Source: Selaginella moellendorffii | Taxonomy: Eukaryota; Plantae; Lycopodiophyta | Reading direction: 5' to 3' | DNA: 64,000 nucleotides | Assembly (NCBI RefSeq): GCF_000143415.4 | Contig: NW_003314274.1 | Coordinates: 376,806-440,805, forward strand | In this document: positions 52,376 through 64,000 of the stretch, one piece after another | Position numbering within the stretch: position 1 is the first letter of the stretch | Layout of the letters: every line of letters begins with the position of its first letter | Made by a program: the position numbers and the translations under genes | The notes under the pieces: model-generated | Databases searched by the model: none | Told to the model about the DNA's origin: nothing | What the model saw: only the letters and a program-made list of their open reading frames with translations

Positions 52376-55177
52376 TCTGAAAGTGCAGAAAAGAAGTTAA
52401 GACCATACAAAAAATGATTGGAGAATGGCCTAAATCATAACATACCAAATAGCATGAGGCCACATGCCATTATTCAAACATGCTATTGACACCCACGTGA
52501 AATTTCGCATTCACAAAATTGGCATGAGGCCTCATGCCATCTTGATATACACACAGCTGCAGGCAAGTAAAAACATACATGACAATACGCTAGCCATGAA
52601 ATTGCAAGGGCCCAAGATGGCATGTGGCCTCATGCCATTTCTAAATGTGGTCCTAAACCATTCCATGGTGAACATACCAGGAAGCACAAGTGCCGAATAT
52701 CAAGAGGAAGCGGTAGCCACACCAAAGACAGTGCCGCTCGCAACACCGCAACTACTCGTAGCGCCGCTCGCAACACCGCAACTGCTCGTAGCGCCGCTCG
52801 CACAAACTGCCACTCGCATAAACTGCCGCTCGCAATGGCGCTCGCAATGCCGCAACCGCTTGTAGACGCATAAACCACAGCTCACAACGCCGCTTACACA
52901 AGCAGCGCTCACTGCGCTCAGCGGAACCAAGAACACGGCGCACAAAAATGATAGACCTAGGAATGAGTTCGAGAATTCAAAAATAACACACGCTTGAACG
53001 TCACATCAAATCCTCTGACAAACCAGATCTTATGATTCCTTTGACAAATTTCAAACTGAGTAGCTTCTAGACTTTGCTGTCGGAGGTTGAACTTTGTCAC
53101 ATCATGTCCTTGCCTCGATCCAGCTGTGCTATGTCAGTGATTCGAACTTTGCCATGCCATGTCAGCGATCCGCGCCAAGATTATTTGCCGTGTAAAGGAA
53201 TAATTATGCTGTGTGTGTACGTCCATTTATAGCAATATAAGGCCACATGCCATTCAAAGAATAATGCTAGTCGAGCATCTTTTGGTGCATTTTTGGGTTC
53301 AAAATTGCATGAGCCCACACGCTATAAAGTTTACCTGTACCAAAAATAGAAACAGCTTTATTTACTTGGGAATTTATATGGCTGAGGCATTTTTAAACTT
53401 ACAAACACATGCCCTACTTACATTCCTTTGGTTGCTTAAAATTCAAAAATATTATAAACCTTTCTTTTTGCATTTTCAATGTTTTCAATTATGGTTTTTG
53501 ATTTTCGCAGGACTAGCCTAGTAATCTATTTGCATCCCGTCATGTTTATAGCTAGCTTTCGTTTGTCCCCTTCGCTAGCCTGAGATACATCTGCTCGGCA
53601 TCTGCCTCTTACAGCATTTGCCCAGAAAGGGCATCTTTCTTCACGCAGCATTTGCCACATGTTTAGGGTTAGGGTTTAGGGTTTAGGGTTTAGCAATTCA
53701 GTAGCTTGATAAACATGCAAATATAGAACTTGATGCAAAATCCTTGGATATGTCACAATGCCCCTAGGACCATAAACACATTTCAATAGAGAGGGTCCTT
53801 TCATTTCATAACTCCTTACGTAGATCTTGGTGAAACCAGAGTTAGTGAAGTTGGTTTCTTGTGATCCCGCATCTGATTGTGATGTCCCTTTGCAGTGTCG
53901 ATGGAAAGGTCAATGCACACCAAACTGTAGAATCTTGGAGCAAAATAACGGTCGGATCTATGGCAAATGCCCCTGAAACATTGTAAGGCTCGTGTGGTCT
54001 CATGTGGTGTCCGATCGAGATGCTTCTTTGCAGGGTCATCAAGAAGGACATTGTATACCATTCTGTAAAATCTAGTTGCGATCTAACGGTTGGATCTCCA
54101 GGAAACTCAAAACAATCTCGCGCGTGTCAGAATATTCTAGGAATATACTCCTATGTGCTCCTGAAAATGGCATGCGGCCCCACGCCATTCAAGAGATAAC
54201 GCCAGATGACGCCGAGCATTTTTTGGTGCATTTTTTGGGATCAAAATTGCATGAGCCCACATGCTTGAACGTCACATCAAATCCTCTGACAATTTATTTA
54301 GCTGAACATCTGGCATTTTTGGAAATACAAGATGCTTTGGAATATCCAATCATGCATGGTATAAATATAGCGAGGGTATTAAATGATATCCCAATCATGA
54401 TCTTTCTTTTGGATTTCGCGTGCATGCAGTCCGAGGAATGATGACGTTGCGGATTTCTTTTGGATTTCACGCATGCGCGCGCCGATCCAGAAATTAATGG
54501 TGGCGCCCAAGTCCGAGAAATGATGACGTGGCGGGATTACCAACCGTCATGATATTTCGCGCGTGTGAGGTTAGGTTTTGCATTTTGCTTCGTACTCGCG
54601 CTCGCACACTCGCGCTCGCATCGCGCTCCCACTCGCGCTCCCACTTCTCTACAGGTTTCTCGTGTGCATCGGCGTCCACTCGCGCTTGCATCACACTCGC
54701 GCTCGCATCGCGCTCGTGTGCATCGGCGTCCACTTCAAGACACACCCAGTTTGTAACTTCGCCGCCAACTCCGCCGCCCACTCCGCCACCCACACGCAGC
54801 CCACTTGGCGTCCCGGGAGATTTCAGCGCCACTCTCCAACTGTAAGTGGCAGAGTAGCCTTGCTGCTACGATCCGCTGCACACACAGTGCACATTCGCCA
54901 GCGAGTCCGGTTGTCACGCCTCCATTCGGCTTCAAATGGTAAGTCTTTTAGGCCAAGTAGAAAATGGCATGAGGCCACATGCCATTCAGTAGCAACATTG
55001 GCATGCACCGATTGGGCTCTCAAGTGCAGTCCGGTTACAGATGGCGTGTAGCCTCACGCCATCTTAGGATGCAGCCTCAAGACATCTGATGCAGTGGTGA
55101 ATGGCGTGTGGCCTCACGTTATTTCCAGCTACTAGCTTTTCATCTGTCAGCTCTAATTGTTGTGCATTTCTGAACAG

Positions 55178-58100
55178 GCGAGAAATTGCGTTCTTCTTCC
55201 AGCCACTGTCAATGTGGATGCAGAGAAGGGGGAGGAGCTCACCAGTTGGACTTTCGGGATAGAAGGCGAGGATCTGAGGCTGTACAACACAGATGGTGGG
55301 AGAAAAGAATGCATGGGGATCCTCATCCAAGTGACAGACACTCCATGCAGTTCCATGCAAGAATATGGACTGGCACTTGTGGTAGAGACAGCGTCTGCCT
55401 TCAAGATCCACCTTGCACATCCTAGCGGCTTCCCGGAGGGGGGCAGCGGCTATGAGGAATTCCTAGAGGGAGCTAGGGAGAGGTTGTCCAGGAGGCCCAC
55501 AATTTCAAAGACGCTGCGGGTCTATGAAGATCACATGGAATCCACGGACCTCACCTACGGCGATGTTCAAAACTATATTCCAACATTGAGCCGTTGAGAG
55601 TGACTCCAGTTCGCGAAGCAAAGGGGAAGGGGGTCGATCTGGAAACTACCTCGAAGCAGAAAAGGGTGGTCAAGCTCAAGCCGACGTCCGACTCTCCTGC
55701 TCCAAAAAAGAAGCTACTCAGTGATGCCATTGCCTCGGGTTCGAACACTACACCCACCAAAAAGAAGAGCCGCAAAGAGCAGAAAGAGCAAGAAGAGGCA
55801 GCAAAAATCGTCGCAGATAATAGTACTTGTTACTATTCCAACAAAGTATATACAATCGATGTGAGCCGTATCGACATCCAAAGCAAATACAACCACAGGC
55901 TAGTATCTGATGAGTGGGTGGAGAAACTGAAGCAGAAGATGCTGGCAAGTCCAGTAACACCCGACATCGCAGACGTGATCCCCTACTACCGAACAATGAA
56001 GGGCGAGACGAGGTTTCCAGACTTGATCAATAGGAAGGTGTTGGACGATCAGAACATCCGGTTCTATGCCATCTCCGGGCAGCATTCTAGCTTGGCGATG
56101 CAAGAGATAGTTGTGGATATTATGGTGGGCGAGGAGGTGAAGAAAGTCTTCAAGACAAGAGTTGTCCGCCTGATAAAAGGCAACTCGCCCCTCCGATCTA
56201 TCATATACATCTCCCACGCGCAGAATGTCAAGCAAGAAACGTGCTACAAATCGGGTCTGCACGAGACATTGGCACGAACACGGAAGCTCTGGGTTCAACT
56301 GAAGAAGCCACAAAAACCAGGACAAGGACGTGCACTAGCAACTAGCGCCTGGCAGGTAAGCCTCGTTGTATGTGGCATAGCATGTGGCCTCACGCCATTT
56401 CCATTGCAGGAATTCTCGAGTCTTCTCTCGAAAACACTGGGGGTCAATGACACACTCAGCATCCATAACATTCTACTCGCGACAAAAGTTGTTTTTGACA
56501 AATGGGTAGATGTGCTGAGGAGGTACCATGACGGGGAGTTGCCAAACTCAATGGGTGTGGAGGACGGCCGGAAGCCCAATGATTTGAAGCTCAACGCCTT
56601 GCGTTTCTCGCGGTCTCTAGACGACGACGACCTTCTGACAGTGGCTAATGCTCTTCTACGTGGTGAGGTTGTCTTCAACAAGACCAAAATGACTCCCGGC
56701 CATATTGTGACATACGAGGACTTGTGCACGACTCTGAGAGCTCGTGCGCTATTGAAGGATTGGATCTTCGAGCAAGTGGCCGTGGAGAGGGTGAGCATCG
56801 ACACCACGCAAGAGATGATGGAAGCGCTGGAGTTTTCAAATGAAGACATCGACAAGTACGTGAAGGGGGCCCCCAAGTTCACCGATCTGCTGCGGGATGC
56901 CACGAAAAGTAAAGCTGAGAAGTTGGATCAGTATCCAAATTTCATTAAGATTGATGTCGACCGCCGGCTTCAGAAACAGCTCGACCCCGCAGCAGAGGCC
57001 TATCGAGAACCTTACCGGGTATACTTGAATTCGGATGAGGATCAAAGGTAGAGGAGCATCGTTTCCCGCGGAGATGAGCAGGTCAAGAACATCTTTTGTG
57101 TGATGGACTTCACAAACGAGGAGATCACTCATGCAGACGAAGTCAGCTCCATCATTGACTTAATGGTGGGACTTGCGGAGGTGGAATCTTCAGTCCACTA
57201 TATGATCTACGACTCCGAATCCTATCACAAGTTCTGGAAGGCCTTGAACGAGGTGAAGGCTCGGTTGAAAGGCAAGGAGATGCGGGAGATCCATGGGATA
57301 ATGGCTAAGAAGAAGATACCGACAAATGTCCGCATCTTCACACTCGCCCTTGTTATTGGTCCTGCAGCAGAGTGGGACTGGAGTGACTTCCCAGCTTCGT
57401 TCGACAAGGCCAATCGAATTGATCTGAGGGAGGTCAATTTACCCGTGCCTGAGGAACTGAAGACGGCTATGGAGCTTTCGAATCCAAAGAAAGCTCCAGG
57501 TGCAGCATGGGAAATGCTCAGCTGGGTCTTCAACGCAATAGCGGGTGGGTCACCTGCTTCCGACTCCAAGGGCAAATGCGTTGTCGAGTACAACTGCGGC
57601 GGACTATTCTTTCGAGCCGCACTACTCAAGGGTGTCCCGTGTGTTGCGGTGACAAACTCCATTGAAGAGGTGACTTCAATGGAGCATATAATTACAGTTG
57701 CCAAAGAAAAACAGTATCTTCTCTGCGAACCTGGTGAGTACGCACTTTAAGTTTAAATGTTATCTCACAAGCTCTGTATGCAGGAGCGTGGCCACCCCCA
57801 GATGCTAAAACGGCATTAACAGCTACTGTTGAAGATACCTATGTTGGGCCGAGCTCACAACCTGCACAAGGTAAGGTCACGTGAGGCCTCACGCCATTTT
57901 GATTATAGATCGTTGTGAATATTCAGACACGAGGACTGAAAAGCGCACTGGTGGCGCATCGAAGAAGGACAAACAGAAAAGCAATAGGAAAAAAGGAGGT
58001 ACAAATTATATTTGCAATGGCGTGTGGTCTCATGCCATTCCTTGCAGGAGAAACTTCTTCAAAGGCAAAACAGGCAAGCACCAGCCAAGCTCAAACTGAC

Positions 58101-60557
58101 AGTGGTCATAAAAAGCGAAAGCACGTTGGACAGTCGTCGAGATCAGAGGCGTTTGATTCGAAAAGGAAGAAGGGCAACGAAAAGATGATAGGTAATGCCT
58201 CACGGTTATGGCGTGTGTGCTCATGCCATTCATTGCAGATCAAGGGCTGAGTGAAAGCAGGCAGTCACCACCTCATGACTCAGATTCCTATGGCGGACTC
58301 CCCTTCCCCAATCTCAATGGAGAGGTACAATGGATGAGGGAAGCTTTTCAAGGCAGGGCCACGTTTTTCTCATCTCGTCGTCTTCGAAGGGTGCAAGAAC
58401 GTGCAGAAACCATGTTAAGACAGTCGGGTGAGGATACGGTCCTAGGTCACGCACTAAAACAGGCTATGGATGTCTTGTATTTTGAGATGGAGACTCGGCC
58501 AGATGATTTTCCCAAGATGGTCCTGGAAGAACAAGCCATCCAGCCTGAGCAGCCTATGGAAGAAATGCAGGAGGGGGATGAGGAGCCAGAGAAAGATAAT
58601 GAGCAAGAAGAGCAGAAGGACGAAGAGGAGGACAAAGAAGAGGAGGACGAAGAAGAGGAGGACGAAGAGGACTTGGATGGTCCTCACAATGGTGACGATC
58701 ACAATAACGACGACGACGATGATGACGACGATGGCCAGCCTGAGGTGGCCAAAGAGCGGCGGAGGAAGGTCATACAAGACAAACCATCAGGTAAATAATA
58801 ATACATCCATTCCTAACCTTTTACCATTTCTAACATTGTCCATGTAGGTCGCAGAGCAAATGGTAAGTAGAGATTATTCAGTTGAATTTACAAACTCTAG
58901 CCTTTAGTGTCGAGGAAGGATAGTGCCAAGCAAGGGTCGAAATGTATGTCCAATCCTTCAGAATCAGCAGTGCGCTCAAGTGATATCGGTCCTAGTTCCT
59001 CAATAGCAGTTGATGGTAAATACAGTATAGTCGATTCAATGTGCTAATGAGTTTGTTTTTAGTAGCACGGGAGGATACCATCTCAATCGAAGGGAGATAT
59101 TTGGACATGCATATGGATCCGCCAGTGGACTCTACTTGGCTGCAAGAGTCATCAGAGCTGGTGGAGGCTACTATCCATATCAACGCCAAGCAAGCTGACC
59201 ACGCTCCACTTGATGCTGCCCATACCACTGAGTCAATCTTGTCCACGTATCCAACTGACGGTGACCAGGCGCCATTGGACCCACATGAGGCCGCCCCAGC
59301 CGCCGAGCCGGTCGTATCCTCATTTCCAACGGACTCAACGTGTGCCCAATCGTCTGACTATGCGCCGTTGGAACCTCCCTACACCGCCCCTGTTGCCTGT
59401 TCGGTCATGTCCACTTTGCCAACGGAGGCACCAGCTGAAATGGCGTGTGATCACACGCCATCGGAACCACCCCATGCCACTATTGAGCCAGTTGTACCAG
59501 AGTCTACAGCTGAAATGGCATGTGCCCACACGCCATCGGATGCGATTGACCCCACATTGCAGAGGAGAGTATTTCCGCCCTTCACGTTTCCTCGACCAAA
59601 ACCCTCTCAACGACCATCGGGAGCAACATTCGCTAATATTGTAGATGGTAAAATTGACTTGTACCATTTTTTATGCTGACGCATTTCATTTCAGAGTCAC
59701 GGCGAAGGTACTGTATCGTTTTTGATCTGAACGGTGTCCTTTTCTCCCATGAGCGTGGCTTGTCCTCGAATGTCATTGCACCCTCCAAAGCCTGCGGTCG
59801 CAAGTTGGTCAAAAGAGACAGATTCACATTAATCACACGGGAGAAACTGCGGGATCTAATAATGACCATGCGACACTTAAAACAGAGGGCCGGGTTCAAT
59901 TTGCAATTGGGAGTTTGGACATCCATGATGCGCCACAATGCATTAACGTTGCTACAGATGATGCACGATCAGACGCGAGTAATATTACCATTTGACTTTC
60001 TCCTAACGCAGGAGGATTGCTTGACTATGGTCCATGTGAGGGGTAGCAAGCCCATCTTCGTCAAGCCAGAGGCTATAGTGATGAACCGGACTGCTAGCTC
60101 AAGTGAAATCCTCATCATCGATGACTCGCCGATTAAAACTGCAGCGAACACTCACACATATGCAGTGCACCCCATCTCTTGCAGTATGGAAACTAGGGAG
60201 AAGAAACCGTATGTTCTGGGGGACCTTGCAAAACGGCTTGGAGCGATGGTGATAGAGAACCGGCCAGTCCAGGAGGTGGCTGCAGAAATCAACCAAATGG
60301 CAGATGGAACGGTATATCAGAAGCCATTTGATCGGACAGACACCAGTCATCATTTATGGCATGTATATTGTCTAGCCAAGCACTATCCGCATCTCCATAA
60401 TCTGCTCAACCGGATGGGTTCTTCGACCACTGAACATGAGCGTGGACGTATTAGAGAAGAGATGGCATTACTATTGGGTTTAAATCCTGATAGTGTGGAG
60501 AGTGATGAAATTCCAAGATTATTGTATAGGCGTTGGAGGCAAAAAATAACAGTCTGA
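55178..60557 (+). pseudogene. Cargo gene copy 2 (more complete)
   Basis: Retains the 207 bp missing in copy 1 (including intron 58192-58238) and TGG at about 57523; has a -1 in an A-run at about 55570 and the shared TAG at 57049. Confidence 0.75.
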
Positions 60558-60999
60558 GATGGCATGTATTTATTTAAAAATGTAACTTATTATGGCATGG
60601 GGTTCCATGCAATTGTATTAATATTAAAAGACAATTCTTTGAGAGGATTTGCATTATACTAGAAGTGTTACAGCATGTTATTGGAAGTCTATGAAGTTGT
60701 TTTATTAATAATGGGAAAGTAAAGATTGAATGGGGACTTGGGCTCCACCTAGACTCGAAACAACTGAGCCAATATTAAAAGGATGGAAAGAAATTGGACG
60801 ACGATGACAAGGAGAAGAGAGAGGTGAAGCAGTGGCAGGGGGAGGAGAAGTGATTGAGTAGACATTTCCTTGTTTAAAATAAAATGGCATGTGCCTCAAT
60901 GCAGTTGAATTTTGTTATATTTATATACTATATAAAGGTTTGGAAACCTTATTTTACAAGTGGGATAATGACAATTCCCACTTTAACGAAATAGAGCTT

Positions 61000-61300
61000 C
61001 GATACCAATGTTAGGATCCTATCCCTTACACCCTAAGCCAACTGGCTAAAGGGGTGATCACTTGATTGCAGGGCCCTTTCTTTATCCTATTATTCTGACC
61101 TGATGCCTAACAATCCTCCCCCTCGTCAGGGAATGATCGTCTGCGATCATACTTAGGCCACCATCCGGTCACCATGGTCCTTCTCTTAGGGTCTACCAAA
61201 CCTTCGTTCTCCCTCTAGATCCACCATGTTGAATATTCCTTCAGAATATTCCTGCCCCACTCGGCAGCCACGAGAATCGAACTGGGCTCCGATACCATTG
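61000..61300 (-). mobile_element. TRIM-like fragment: 104-bp LTR with PPT and PBS
   Basis: LTR TGTTAGG...CCTAACA at 61009-61112; PPT complement ATCCTCCCCCTC at 61113; PBS complements at 61000-61007 and 61285-61297. Confidence 0.7.
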
Positions 61301-62151
61301 TCGTCGACTTGACAATGATAAGCACAAGTCTCGCAAGCGTTCGTGGAGTCCTTCTATTGAGAATCGTCGTGATGATCGCCGTGGACACAAGGATGGGAAC
61401 AAGCATCACAAGTTGAAGTCGGTGGTGACTACTTCAGATGCAAAGGGGTCCAAGAAGCAGAAGTTCTTTGTGAAGAATTATAGATAGGGTTGTCATCATT
61501 GTGGTGAACTTGGACACTACAAGGCTGATTGTCTGCAGTTGAAGAACAAGCAGCAGGATAAGAAGAATGGCCACTTTTCTTCTCACGGTAAGTCCGATAC
61601 TAAAAAGTTGCAAACTTTGCAGCGTGAGGATGAGGAGAACGACCATTCTGGTCGGAGGAAGCAACTTTCAATCGTTGCTCGTCAGCTCAACTATGTGTGG
61701 AACAAGATGGAGCTCGAGGATACGCGTGAATCAGCTCTAATGCTAGAGGGCGTGTTCCGTGGCGATCCAGTGCGGATTTTACTGGATAGTGGGAGCGATG
61801 ACAACTTTGTTTCGGCAAAGTTTGTTGCGGAGCATAGCCTGGTCACACGTGGAGTTCTTCCATACACAGTGGAAGGTGCAGCCACCTCTACTCAACATTT
61901 CGATGCTTGTGTCAAGGGGCTGGAAGTGTTGGTTGGCAAAACCACACTTGTGGAGACTTTTTATCTCGCGGATATTCATCGTGTTCAACGACAAGTCAAG
62001 GAGTTACTTGAGTTTGGATTTATTCAGCCAAGTAAATCTCCGTTTGGTGCTCCGGTCTTGCTTGTGAAGAAGAAGGACGGTTCAATGCGGATGTGTATTG
62101 ACTACCGTGCTTTAAACAAGAAGACAGTGAAGGACAAGATGCCGATGCCAC
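61300..62151 (+). pseudogene. Ty3/gypsy gag-pol fragment of another family (zinc knuckle, protease, RT start)
   Basis: [14 protein letters not shown] (about 61491); [12 protein letters not shown]; [27 protein letters not shown]; internal deletion between protease and RT. Confidence 0.85.
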
Positions 62152-62749
62152 TGTAAGCCACAAATTTTTCCTTTCCAATTTGCCAGCTTACCTCGTCTAT
62201 CCGACCAACTCTGCCTTGGCTTGTGCTAAGTTCCTTCGCCAAGGTTCTCGCCTATGGTACTAGCTCCTATTTGGTCCTACTTGGTTTCAGCTACTCACTG
62301 CACGAGCAACGGAGTGTTAGCCATCCATCTACGGATTCCCAAATCTCTCCCAATCCCCCTCCCCGGGTTAGACTGGACTTAAGGTTCGGCTACACTCCCC
62401 GCAGGCACAAGCAGCCAAGCACACCAAGCCTCCAGGTTCCTAACACCCCTTGGTACCACAAGACTTGATCATGGGACCCTCTAAATCCCAAGTCTTGGGT
62501 GCAGCACTTGCTTCGGGACGTCGGGGCGAAACACCGTGGCCTAACGGCCCGGCATGGGTACCTCTACCCCCCCTCTTCCATCCCGAAGGGAAGGCCCAAG
62601 CCCCCGGAAGGGCGAGGACCAATGAGCCACAAGGTACTCAAGTGGGGCACCACTCCACCTGAGCCGGGAGCACCGCAGTCGGTTTCCCTTTCGGGAGTGG
62701 GAGCTGCTCTTGAGCACTTCCTTGGATGGCCCCTCCGGCATGAGCCAAG
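62152..62749 (-). repeat. Family A LTR (partial), inserted in the RT fragment
   Basis: Starts TGTAAGCCAC; reverse complement of about 63395-63991. Confidence 0.9.
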
Positions 62750-63991
62750 TGTAAGGAACCGACTCCCCGAGATGTCGTAGGCTAAAGGATCCCCAAAAGC
62801 TTGACCGAAATGACAAAGAGTTCATCGGATGGGACCAAGTCGAGGATCGAGTCCAAGACCGACTCTAGGACCGAGTTCGAGATAGAGTCCGGAATCGAGT
62901 CCGAGACCAACTCGGGAACCGAGTTCGAGTCCGAGTTCGAGACCGAGTTCGAGACGGAGTCCGAGATCCGAAATCGGGTCCGAGACCGAGTCCGAGGTCG
63001 AGTCCGAGGTCGGGTCCGAGATCAGGTCCGAGATCGAGTCCGAGATCGAGTCCGAGACCGAATCCGAAGTCGGATCCGAAATCGGGTCCGAGATTGAGCC
63101 AGAGACTAAGTCCAAATACTAATACGGGTCAAGGGGTGAAAGCCCAAAGCGTGCTCTCCCGGGGGGGGGGGGGNNNNNNNNNNNNNNNNNNNNNNNNNNN
63201 NNNNNNNNNNNNNNNNNNNNNNNNNNNNNNNNNNNNNNNNNNNNNNNNNNNNNNNNNNNNNNNNNNNNNNNNNAAAGTATAGTAGGGATAGTGAGGTCCA
63301 GGAACCAGTTTTGAAGGGACTCTCCAGTTGGGCTTCCAAACCAACTTGAGGTTGAGACTGGGACCAAGGACCTTGGGTGGGAGTGAGCATGGACTTGGCT
63401 GGTGCCGGAGGGGCCATCCAAGGAAGTGCTCAAGAGCAGCTCCCACTCCCGAAAGGGAAACCGACTGCGGTGCTCTCGGCTCAGGTGGAGTGGTGCCCCA
63501 CTTGAGTACCTTGTGGCTCATTGGTCCTTGCCCTTCCGGGGGCTTGGACCTTCCCTTCGGGATGGAAGAGGGGGGGTAGAGGTACCCATACCGGGCCGTT
63601 AGGCCACGGTGTTTCGCCCCGACGTCCCGAAGCAAGTGCTGCACCCAAGACTTGGGATTTAGAGGGTCCCATGATCAAGTCTTGTGGTACCAAGGGGTGT
63701 TAGGGATCTGGAGGCTTGGTGTGCTTGGCTGCTTGTGCCTGCGGGGAGTGTAGCCGAACCTTAAGTCCAGTCTAACCCGGGGAGGGGGATTGGGAGAGAT
63801 GTGGGAATCCGTAGATGGATGGCTAACACTCCGTTGCTCGTGCAGTGAGTAGCTGAAACCAAGTAGGACCAAGTAGGAGCTGGTACCATAGGCGAGAACC
63901 TTGGCGAGGGAACTTAGCACAAGCCAAGGCAGAGTTGGTCGGATAGACGAGGTAAGCTGGCAAATTGGAAAGGAAAAATTTGTGGCTTACA
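62750..63991 (+). repeat. Family A 5' LTR followed by PBS; element continues beyond the window
   Basis: TGTAAGGAACC...GGCTTACA then ATT-TGGTAT; N gap at 63174-63273. Confidence 0.9.
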
Positions 63992-64000
63992 ATTTGGTAT

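Larger units (their letters stand above)
44381..60999 (+). repeat. Segmental duplicate of about 8507-30813
   Basis: Constant offset of 35,874 across the family B part (8584/44458; 12691/48565) and the same transposon left junction. Confidence 0.9.
48565..60999. mobile_element. Sola-like DNA transposon, copy 2 (12.4 kb)
   Basis: Same TIRs at 48565-48588 and 60976-60999; left flank GTCT, right flank CGAT (no TSD); single array unit at 53175-54161. Confidence 0.9.

Noticed and set aside
61142-61180. 5S rRNA fragment (Cassandra-type TRIM)
   Set aside because: Only TGCGATCATAC matches the 5S start, it lies outside the LTR, and no A/C boxes are visible.
61272-61297. tRNA-Met gene
   Set aside because: Only the 3' end is matched; explained as a PBS complement.

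Overview
Plant heterochromatin-like window with nested transposable elements and no clear host gene. TTTAGGG repeats, tRNA-iMet primer-binding sites (PBS) and 45-57 nt GT-AG introns suggest a compact-intron plant such as a lycophyte (inference). The backbone is a decayed Ty3/gypsy chromovirus (family A, 1-33342). A non-coding LTR element (family B, 5998-32123, target-site duplication (TSD) ATTGG) sits in its 3' LTR. Inside B's 5' LTR is a large DNA transposon (12691-30813; 24-bp terminal inverted repeats (TIRs), 4-bp TSD GTCT, Sola-like). It encodes an intact 1021-aa transposase and, divergently, one spliced cargo gene of about 1,600 aa whose exons join in phase: ParB/Srx-like domain, degenerate N4/N6 DNA-methyltransferase-like fold, acidic linker and FCP1/NIF-type HAD phosphatase. 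A 22-bp palindrome (ATGGCRTG-N6-CAYGCCAT) recurs throughout the element, including inside introns, and an 8-unit 853-bp array with telomeric repeats separates the two genes. A second copy (48565-60999) lies in a duplication offset by 35,874 bp; it has a dead transposase, one array unit and a different right flank. Other points: an apparent spliceosomal intron in the chromovirus integrase, inverted LTR-into-LTR insertions and short-LTR/TRIM fragments. Domain calls are by eye, not from database searches.
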